DNA from: Myxococcota bacterium
GTDB taxonomy: Bacteria > Myxococcota > SpSt-1050
Length of the DNA: 13,755 nt
Direction: 5' to 3'
NCBI GenBank assembly: GCA_049969675.1
Contig: JBMFOP010000079.1
Location: forward strand, 1 to 13,755
Part shown: positions 1 to 6,815 of the stretch, piece after piece
Layout: the number at the start of each line of letters is the position of its first letter
Numbering within the stretch: position 1 is the first letter of the stretch
Program-made: the position numbers and the translations under genes
Notes under the pieces: model-generated
Database searches by the model: none
What the model saw: the letters and a program-made list of their open reading frames with translations, nothing else
What the model was told of the DNA's origin: nothing

Positions 1-490
1 GACCGCCAAAAGTTATTTCAGAATCGGGTTTGGCAGGTGCAGATGGATGGATTTCTGTTGAACCAGCAACACTCAAGACTAAATTTGAAAATATCTATGC
101 GATAGGCGATGTAACAAGTATTCCTATTGCGGGGAGATGGAAACCGGGTGTACCTCTCAAATTACCCAAAGCAGGTGTATTCGCTCATCTTCAGGCTGAG
201 GTAGTTGCAGAACAAATATCATCGGAAATTGAAGGGGCAAAAACAGATAGGTCATTTAATGGATTTGGCTACTGCATATTAGAGATGGGAAGTGGTATAG
301 GATCTATGGCTTATGGAGATTTTTTGCCAGTCCATCACCAATGGTGGTAATGTTTCCTCCCGGTAAGAAATGGCATTATGGGAAGGTGATTTTTGAGAAA
401 TGGTGGCTTTCTTTGGGGATTATGAAATCTTTATTAAAATCAATGATAAATGCTGGCAGTAGATTTTTAAAGGTGCCAATAAATGTATAG
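1..490 (+). pseudogene. 3' part of an FAD-dependent oxidoreductase (sulfide:quinone oxidoreductase / flavocytochrome c sulfide dehydrogenase-like) with a 1-nt frameshift at 320-325; 5' end lies outside the window
   Basis: Frame 3 is open from the window edge (PPKVISESGLAGADGWISVEPATLKTKFENIYAIGDV...LPKAGVFAHLQAEVVA...FNGFGYCILEMG). It contains the FAD-binding YAIGD motif and the PK(A)G motif typical of SQR-like proteins. After GDF the family-like tail continues in frame 2 (ASPSPMVVMFPPGKKWHYGKVIFEKWWL...PINV) and stops at TAG 488-490, directly before the RBS of the next gene. The frameshift could be a sequencing error. Confidence 0.8.
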
Positions 491-499
491 TAAGGAGGT
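491..499 (+). promoter_or_regulatory. Shine-Dalgarno site for the DsrE-family gene
   Basis: TAAGGAGGT, 6 nt upstream of ATG 506. Confidence 0.8.
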
Positions 500-505
500 A
501 GAAGT

Positions 506-826
506 ATGAAGATAGGAATTGTAATTTATTCAAATGATTCTGAGACAGTATGGAATGCTTTTCGGTTTGGAAATTTTGCATTGAAAGAAGGCGACGAAGT
601 GAAGGTATTCTTATTAGCAAAAGGCGTAGAATGCGAATCTCTTGATACTGATAAATTCAAAGTAACAGAACAGATGCGATCTTTCATTGGTAGCGGTGGC
701 AAAATTTTTGCTTGTGGCACCTGCCTTAAAATTCGTGGGTCCGAAGGTTCAGAATTATGTCCATTATCAACAATGAAAGATTTGTATGAGATAGTAAAGG
801 AGAGCGACAGAATCGTTACATTCTGA
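506..826 (+). CDS. DsrE/DsrF-family protein (putative sulfur carrier / peroxiredoxin-like)
   Basis: 106 aa with a strong RBS. Typical DsrE pattern: WNAFRF..A...GDEVKVFLLAKGVE, G.IFACGTCLKIRG (CxxC), STMKDLYEIVKESDRIVTF. Confidence 0.88.
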   Translation: MKIGIVIYSNDSETVWNAFRFGNFALKEGDEVKVFLLAKGVECESLDTDKFKVTEQMRSFIGSGGKIFACGTCLKIRGSEGSELCPLSTMKDLYEIVKESDRIVTF

Positions 827-861
827 GCGCACAGCCGAAACAGCGTATAATACGGGCCTAA

Positions 862-1206
862 AGAATCAGGGGGACGGTTCTAACGCAGAGGGACGCGGGC
901 GGGAGCGACACCGGGGTTGTGCCTGACGCTACCGAGGATACAGGAGACGTTCAGGATGACGGGCCCGATGCTGGGGTCCCGACCGCGGACTTAGGCGCCG
1001 AATCTGACGAAGGTGGTCAGGTGGATACCGGTGACACCGTAGTCACTATAAATAGTGGAATGCCAACAGACACTGGCGGTACAGGCGACACCGACGCTGG
1101 AAACGACGCCGCGGCCAAGAGCGACACCTACGGCGGAAGGGACGGCGCTCCCGGACCCCCGACCGAGGAGAGCGTAGGGTGCTCGTGCGCCGTGCCTGAC
1201 ATCTGA
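862..1206 (+). pseudogene. Orphan C-terminal fragment of a surface protein: acidic DAG/DTG low-complexity linker ending in GCSCAVPDI*
   Basis: Frame 1 is open from 862 (after TAA 859-861) to TGA 1204-1206. No convincing RBS, start codon or signal peptide. Repeated DAG/DTG/DLG tripeptides. GC is about 65% over 901-1200, well above the flanks. The terminus parallels that of the vWA protein. Confidence 0.6.
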
Positions 1207-1320
1207 TGATTGAGAATACCTGGCGACTGGGATACGCCCTATATGGACTGTTCCGCTCATTGTGATAGTCACGCTTGTGCTCGGGCTGGGTCTCTTTCGG
1301 CCATCCCTGCCACTGGATTG

Positions 1321-1545
1321 AACTGTTTCCCTCTCATAAGGTGTACCTTTGCGCCATACAACATTAAAGATTCCAATCTTCTCCTTTTTAGGCTCTACTG
1401 TGGGGTATAGAGAGTCTTCAGTATTAGCAGTATATGATAAAATATCTGTGGTTCCTCCAATATCCTCTGTTATGTTCCAGCCATTGCCCTCTGAACAGGC
1501 AAAAAATGGAGATATGATAAAGAGTAATATTGCTATTTGTTTCAT
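1321..1545 (-). pseudogene. Truncated lipoprotein gene, possibly the N-terminus of a C45/Ntn-hydrolase (acyltransferase/acid ceramidase-like) protein
   Basis: RBS AAGGAAGG upstream of ATG 1545. Signal peptide MKQIAILLFIISPFFA-C with a lipobox Cys. VVWRKGTPYE resembles the N-terminal GTPYEMGxQHG-type motif of C45-family proteins. Beyond ~1325 the ORF (to 991) is antisense read-through of the GC-rich patch. Confidence 0.55.
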
Positions 1546-1556
1546 AAATTCCTTCC

Positions 1557-2891
1557 TTATGAAAAATCTTCAAAATAACGTTTATGCACATCCGAAAACT
1601 CTTTTAAGATCTTCCCTGCTATATTGCTACCGATTAAAGGATGAACAGATAGTGCCTTCTCTGCAAGTGTAAATGAGCGATTGAGAATTGATTGCGCGGC
1701 CAATGTCTCATATTCGGCAACATCTTTAATAAGATTTACAACAAATTCTGGAAGTTTATAATCTATCCTTTCAGACGAGATTCTTCCATTGCGAATTCTG
1801 CAGAACTTTTCAACTACCGTATCATCGGGTAGAAATGGGATGACACCGTTGTTCGGTAGAATCATCGGAATATTCAGGTTGATATTATCTCTAATGGCGG
1901 AGATGATTTTGAGTGCAATCTCTGCGTAACCTTCGGATTCATTCTCAAGCACCCTCCTCTTAATCTCCCTGTATGCATAAGACATATAGGTGGTGAATCT
2001 GTCACTGAGGTATCTCTCATATATCTCAATTAACCGATCTGGCGAATTCTCCTGAAGGAGCATCTTTATAAGTTCTCTATTCTTTCTTAAGAGATATTCC
2101 CCTCGGGTCTCTTTCTCCTCAGTCATACCTTTTAAGGCATCTTCAGTGCAGTAATAATAGTAGAGGTATTCATTTTTATAGATACCATCTTTTGTAAATA
2201 TCTCTCTTGTAAATGGCCCGTGTGCTATCTCATAAAATTTCTCATCATAAATAAGGCTGGGGAGTATATCCTTTCCTCTATCAAAAAACCTGATTGTCCA
2301 GGATAGGTGATTGAGACCTACTATCTCCGCATCAAAATCAAATCTATTTCTCCTGTATAATTCCGCTGTATGAATTCTTGCTGCATCTGATGAATCACAT
2401 ATACCTATTACATCATTGATCCCTACCAGGTTCAGTGCCTTTACAACTATCCCTGCTGGGTTCGTAAAGTTGATAAGGATACAGTCTGGACTTCTCTTCT
2501 TGATCTCCTGCGCGTATTCAATAAGTGCTGGCACAGTCCTTACCGCAAATGAAAATCCAGCCGCCCCTGTCGTCTCCTGTCCTATGATACCGTATTTGAG
2601 GCATAATCTCTCGTCTATAGCCCTTCCTTCCTCAAACCCCTCTCTTATTGTAAAGATTACGGCATTAAGTCCCTCTGCAAATTCTGATATTGAATTACAT
2701 CTGACGATGTTGAGCCTTCTATTAAATTTTTGCAAAATTGCATAAGAGAGTTTCAGGATGGCATCACTCTTTTTTTGGTCAATGTCATATATTCTGACCT
2801 CTCCGAGTCCTTCCTTAAACTTGAATTCCGAAAGCATCTTTAATATTATAGGCGAGCGAACGCCGCCACCCCCGAGAATGCCTATCTTCAT
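1557..2891 (-). CDS. Glycoside hydrolase family 4 (NAD+/Mn2+-dependent; 6-phospho-glucosidase-like)
   Basis: 444 aa. Rossmann KIGILGGGG, GQETTGAAG...RTVP, INFTNPAG, GICD and GLNHLSW are GH4 hallmark motifs. ATGA overlap with the upstream gene at 2888-2891. Confidence 0.92.
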   Translation of the reverse strand: MKIGILGGGGVRSPIILKMLSEFKFKEGLGEVRIYDIDQKKSDAILKLSYAILQKFNRRLNIVRCNSISEFAEGLNAVIFTIREGFEEGRAIDERLCLKYGIIGQETTGAAGFSFAVRTVPALIEYAQEIKKRSPDCILINFTNPAGIVVKALNLVGINDVIGICDSSDAARIHTAELYRRNRFDFDAEIVGLNHLSWTIRFFDRGKDILPSLIYDEKFYEIAHGPFTREIFTKDGIYKNEYLYYYYCTEDALKGMTEEKETRGEYLLRKNRELIKMLLQENSPDRLIEIYERYLSDRFTTYMSYAYREIKRRVLENESEGYAEIALKIISAIRDNINLNIPMILPNNGVIPFLPDDTVVEKFCRIRNGRISSERIDYKLPEFVVNLIKDVAEYETLAAQSILNRSFTLAEKALSVHPLIGSNIAGKILKEFSDVHKRYFEDFS

Positions 2892-3871
2892 TTCTCTCCC
2901 TCTATTTTCTTTGCATTTCCGAGCATAAATAATCCTCTATTGAGATAGAAAAGTCCCATAAGAATCTGACCGGTTATAAATACTACATTTGAGGCAAGTG
3001 TGGATGCCAGTATATCTGCCTTATCTCCGTATTTTTCGAACAGGATGAGACTCATCCCCTGAAATGTCCCAAGACCTGAAGGGGTTATTGGAATCGCAGA
3101 GACAAAGAGCGAGAGAAGTATTAGAGAAAGCCCCTCTGCATATGGAACTTTTATATTGAAAAACCACAGTGCCATTACCATATAGAATGCCTTTAGAAAT
3201 ATCCTCGGCAGCCTTGCCATAAGTATGGTGATAAGGTCTGTAAATGGGATCAAAATCAATGCCCCGAGCAACTGCCCAATTTTATTTGACATCAATATGG
3301 TAGAGACCTTCAATTTGTCGTTTTTGAAGATCCACATTATGAAGAGCCTCAAGATTAGATATATCGGGATGAAGAGTATCAGAGAGATGATGAGGTATGG
3401 AACGAAGTTTGAGACAGAGATTACCTCTTCTTTTATATTGAGTCCAAGTGCAATTGTAAGTGCAATAATGTCAATAAAGAGGAGGAGGAGTAGCGCCCCG
3501 CCCACATAGAAGAATGGGAGTCCAGATTTCTTGTGGTAATAATATCCGATTGACATCTGTCCTACTGCCTGATTGAGGAAGCCTATCAGTCCTGATATGG
3601 ATTTTACGATTAACATCTCGTTAAATGTTGTATAGATTACAGATTTGTCTATGAGTATCTTTGTCCCTAAAACATCTATGTAAAAGACCAGTAGAAAGAA
3701 GAGTATACTTGAAGGAATAAAATATTCGTATCTACCTCTTGATATGGCATCAGCGAATTTTGTAAAAGAAACAATATGAATCAGATAACCAAGTAACAAT
3801 GTACCAATCAGATAAGGCAAAGCCTTTCTTGTATAATATAAGAATCTATTATTTTCAAGAAAGCCCTTCAC
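2888..3871 (-). CDS. Lysylphosphatidylglycerol synthase TM-domain (UPF0104/YbhN, flippase-like) membrane protein
   Basis: 327 aa with many hydrophobic helices and the C-terminal IPITPSGLGT motif (P.TP.G.G) characteristic of the LPG_synthase_TM family. Confidence 0.75.
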   Translation of the reverse strand: MKGFLENNRFLYYTRKALPYLIGTLLLGYLIHIVSFTKFADAISRGRYEYFIPSSILFFLLVFYIDVLGTKILIDKSVIYTTFNEMLIVKSISGLIGFLNQAVGQMSIGYYYHKKSGLPFFYVGGALLLLLFIDIIALTIALGLNIKEEVISVSNFVPYLIISLILFIPIYLILRLFIMWIFKNDKLKVSTILMSNKIGQLLGALILIPFTDLITILMARLPRIFLKAFYMVMALWFFNIKVPYAEGLSLILLSLFVSAIPITPSGLGTFQGMSLILFEKYGDKADILASTLASNVVFITGQILMGLFYLNRGLFMLGNAKKIEGEK

Positions 3872-3882
3872 AAAGACCCTGT

Positions 3883-6030
3883 CTATTCAATCAGATTACA
3901 GGAGCAGGAGGAGGATGAGGATTCATCTGTAGATAAGTTATCTCTCTTTATACCACCATCTCTATCTATGTCAATATCGGAGGAGGGGGTGCCCTCATCC
4001 ATCACAAATGTATCCTTAATTGCAATATCAACAGATATATCAAGTGGTGGCCCGAAGTCATAACCGGCATCCTGAGAAGGTACTTCGCTTTTGTCAATAC
4101 ACTGTCCATCGTAACAGACCGCGGGGTACGGGCATTTTATTCTAAAACAGGGGTCATCCACACAGTTACCATCTTTACAGATTCTTCCCCATGGACACAT
4201 AATGTCCCAGCATCTATCTTCCACACAATCTCCGTCTTTGCATATCTTTCCATTTTCGCATCTGACATTGTAGCACTTATCTTCCACGCACTCCCCGTCT
4301 ACACATCTCTTATCTGTGCTACATTTGATTCCATAACAACTCCTGATACAGCTTCCATCTCTACAAAATTCATTTTCTCCACAATTTACATCTTTGCAGG
4401 GGTCATCTATGCATTTGTTATCTTTGCAGACCTTTTGGTCTTCACACTTTATGACATAACAGCTTCCATCAAGGCAGGCACCGTTTTTACATATCCACTT
4501 CTCGGGACAGACAAGTGAATCACAGGGGTCTATACAATCTCCGTTCTGGCATATCTTCCCTTCCGGGCAATTTACATCAAAACATTTATCATCTTTAAGA
4601 CACCATCCCTCACTATTACACCTCCTACCCGCCGGACACTCATTGTTGACGCACGGAACCACACATTGACCTTTATAGCAAACAGCGCCTCCACCACAGA
4701 TATCCTCACCTTCATCAACTTCACCATTACAATTATTATCTATCCCATCACAGATCTCCTGAGGGGTTGGGCCACATCCACCACATCCATTGTTTGGCAA
4801 TGGTGCATCACAGGACTTTTCATCCCATTTACCATTCAGGCAATACTCATAGCCCGTGCCACACTGATTGGCACATGGTCTTCTTAGTAGCTGGTTGTTA
4901 TCATTTTCATCTGTAAAACCGTCGCAGTCGTTATCAATTCCGTCGCACATCTCAGCAGAAGGGGTGTAAATCTGAATACATTTTAATGTATTGCCTTCAC
5001 ATCTATTGACACCGTATTTACATATACCAAAGAGTCCAGTATCACACTCTTTATTTTCATCTTCAAAGGATGGAGCGGTGCAATTTATCCATTTACCATT
5101 CTCACAGATCTCTGTCCCCTTGGTATTGCAGGCTCCCTCGCACTCACGGGTGAGCCCATCATCGGTCTTCCCATTGCAGTCGTTGTCTACACCATCACAG
5201 ATCTCCTTTGGTATTGTAATATTCAAAATCTTATTCAGTTCATTGGAAAGGGTCTGAGGGTCAGATGCATTATAAGCCTTATTATTGACAGCGGTTCCTC
5301 CAGCTATAGCCATATCGTTTAAGGATTGTGCACCTTTTGTATTATCACCATATCCAACTACAAATGTCTTTATGTCATAATAGTTCTGCCCATATTGTGT
5401 GGCTCTCAACTTTAAGACCGCTCCCACAGGGTCTCCACCACAGGTCTCTTCTCCGTCTGTGAGTAAAATTACATAGTATGGCCTGCAGTCTCTAATCGGG
5501 TCAGAGGGTAAGAGCTGATTTATAAAATAGTCTTTCATTGAGAGTAATGCCTTTTCAAGCGGAGTGGAGCCATCTGCACGAAGCTCTTTATCCTGAGGAT
5601 AATTTTCATTATTATCCATCCATTTTAAGATATCCTGAATGTTTGAGTCCTGAAGCGGAACCAGAACTTCACCCCCATTTGTGCAATTCTCGCTTCCATC
5701 GTAATTGATAGTCCTTCCCCCATATGCACTTGAGGGATGACTTACGCCCTCTTTCTGATAGAATCTCCCGAGCCCAAATGTAATCTTTGTCTGGAAGGAT
5801 TGTACCAGCGAGGAGAGGACACTCTTTGCGGTATATATCTTTGAATTTTTACCATCTCCATTGCAGGGGCTCCCGTTTGAGCCATCACAATATTGCTCTA
5901 CCCCCTGCGGATTCTCTGTCATTGAGCCAGATGTGTCAAAGAGGATAAGGACATAGGGTTTTACTGCCTGAGCATTTAATAGTGATGGCAGGATAAAAAT
6001 TATAAACAGGATAAATAATTTTTGCTTCAT
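3883..6030 (-). CDS. Secreted vWA-domain adhesin-like protein with MopE-type and other Cys-rich repeats and a C-terminal CSC motif
   Basis: 715 aa. RBS GAGGAG and Sec signal peptide (MKQKLFILFIIFILPSLLNAQA). vWA MIDAS residues DTSGS, GSTPL and LLTDGEE. Three E.CDG.DN.C.G..D repeats, eight C-x4-C-x5-C-x4-C repeats and an acidic linker. Ends SSSSSCSCNLIE. Confidence 0.88.
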   Translation of the reverse strand: MKQKLFILFIIFILPSLLNAQAVKPYVLILFDTSGSMTENPQGVEQYCDGSNGSPCNGDGKNSKIYTAKSVLSSLVQSFQTKITFGLGRFYQKEGVSHPSSAYGGRTINYDGSENCTNGGEVLVPLQDSNIQDILKWMDNNENYPQDKELRADGSTPLEKALLSMKDYFINQLLPSDPIRDCRPYYVILLTDGEETCGGDPVGAVLKLRATQYGQNYYDIKTFVVGYGDNTKGAQSLNDMAIAGGTAVNNKAYNASDPQTLSNELNKILNITIPKEICDGVDNDCNGKTDDGLTRECEGACNTKGTEICENGKWINCTAPSFEDENKECDTGLFGICKYGVNRCEGNTLKCIQIYTPSAEMCDGIDNDCDGFTDENDNNQLLRRPCANQCGTGYEYCLNGKWDEKSCDAPLPNNGCGGCGPTPQEICDGIDNNCNGEVDEGEDICGGGAVCYKGQCVVPCVNNECPAGRRCNSEGWCLKDDKCFDVNCPEGKICQNGDCIDPCDSLVCPEKWICKNGACLDGSCYVIKCEDQKVCKDNKCIDDPCKDVNCGENEFCRDGSCIRSCYGIKCSTDKRCVDGECVEDKCYNVRCENGKICKDGDCVEDRCWDIMCPWGRICKDGNCVDDPCFRIKCPYPAVCYDGQCIDKSEVPSQDAGYDFGPPLDISVDIAIKDTFVMDEGTPSSDIDIDRDGGIKRDNLSTDESSSSSCSCNLIE
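4096..4593 (-). repeat. Eight tandem ~20-21 aa four-Cys coding repeats (D-P/K-C-x4-C-x5-C-x4-C)
   Basis: DDKCFDVNCPEGKICQNGDCI, DPCDSLVCPEKWICKNGACL, DGSCYVIKCEDQKVCKDNKCI, DDPCKDVNCGENEFCRDGSCI, RSCYGIKCSTDKRCVDGECV, EDKCYNVRCENGKICKDGDCV, EDRCWDIMCPWGRICKDGNCV, DDPCFRIKCPYPAVCYDGQCI. Confidence 0.9.
4708..5205 (-). repeat. Three dispersed MopE-type putative metal-binding repeats
   Basis: EICDGVDNDCNGKTDDG, EMCDGIDNDCDGFTDEN, EICDGIDNNCNGEVDEG. Confidence 0.85.
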
Positions 6031-6119
6031 ATCTGAACTCCTCGCTCGAATGCTTATATTAACATACTTTTAATGTAATATAAAACTAAAAAAATAGATA
6101 CCAGAGGTAGACAACGAAA

Positions 6120-6151
6120 TTGTTGTATTTTCATATTTTCTCTAATATAAG
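6120..6151 (+). promoter_or_regulatory. Putative sigma70 promoter for the methyltransferase gene
   Basis: TTGTAT(6123-6128)-N17-TATAAG(6146-6151), or TTGTTG(6120-6125)-N17-TAATAT(6143-6148). Confidence 0.4.
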
Positions 6152-6158
6152 GTGTCAT

Positions 6159-6755
6159 ATGGAGTTATTCCCATATTCAATCTATAAGAAGTTGCGGGAG
6201 TTGTCTGCCCCTATAGATGAGATAGTAAATCTCATACCTTACAGTTCTTCTGTGCTGGATGTGGGTTGTGGGAGGGGTGTGATGGCTGAAAGAATATTGA
6301 GAGAGAGGAAGCCAGAGAGATATGTGGGTGTGGATATAGATGAATCAAGAATCCTTAAACTAAAAAAGAGATTTGCTGATGCAGAATTTGTATCAATGGA
6401 TGCGAAAGAATATGTAAAATTATTAAAGGATAAGAATGAGACTTTTAGTTGTATCTTATTTTCTGATATCCTCTACCTTTTAAGTGATGAAGATGCTGTG
6501 TCGCTGATTTATGGTGCCTATGAATTATTAAAAATTGATGGCTTGATGATTGTTAAAGAGGTAGATCTGAATCTACCTGTCTGGCTTCAGGAGTTTATAT
6601 CTGTAAAATTGCTGAGAATGACCAGGGGGAAAGATTTATATTTGAGAGATGTAGAGTTCTACGAGAGACTCTTGGATAATAGGGGATTGAATTTTGCAAT
6701 AATTAAGTACAGGAGGCTCTGGTATCCTCACATAATAATCACACTGAGAAAGTAA
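6159..6755 (+). CDS. Class I SAM-dependent methyltransferase
   Basis: Motif I VLDVGCGRG, post-I GVDID, and FSDILY. ATG 6159 is preferred over TTG 6120, which lies in the promoter-like sequence. Confidence 0.85.
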   Translation: MELFPYSIYKKLRELSAPIDEIVNLIPYSSSVLDVGCGRGVMAERILRERKPERYVGVDIDESRILKLKKRFADAEFVSMDAKEYVKLLKDKNETFSCILFSDILYLLSDEDAVSLIYGAYELLKIDGLMIVKEVDLNLPVWLQEFISVKLLRMTRGKDLYLRDVEFYERLLDNRGLNFAIIKYRRLWYPHIIITLRK

Positions 6756-6815
6756 GATTTCTGACTTTCTCTTTTTGGACTTTTGTATTAGAATATTTAT
6801 TCATAAGGAGGAGCT

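Noticed and set aside
420..720. Minus-strand ORFs 420-620 and 526-720
   Set aside because: Shadow ORFs opposite the DsrE and SQR-like genes, with no recognisable motifs.
827..870. Possible integron attC remnant after the DsrE stop (GCCGAAACAGCG...)
   Set aside because: No proper RYYYAAC/GTTRRRY pair or extended palindrome, and no integrase in the window.
919..1206. 95-aa ORF as an intact gene starting at GTG 919
   Set aside because: No RBS or signal peptide, and the linker-like frame extends upstream of 919. Treated as a gene fragment.
991..1320. C-terminal ~110 aa of the 184-aa minus-strand ORF
   Set aside because: Antisense read-through of the GC-rich plus-strand fragment, with composition unlike the host genes.
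4096..4593. Regularly spaced ~60-nt repeats as a possible CRISPR array
   Set aside because: The repeats are degenerate at DNA level, conserved at protein level (Cys spacing) and in frame within a CDS.
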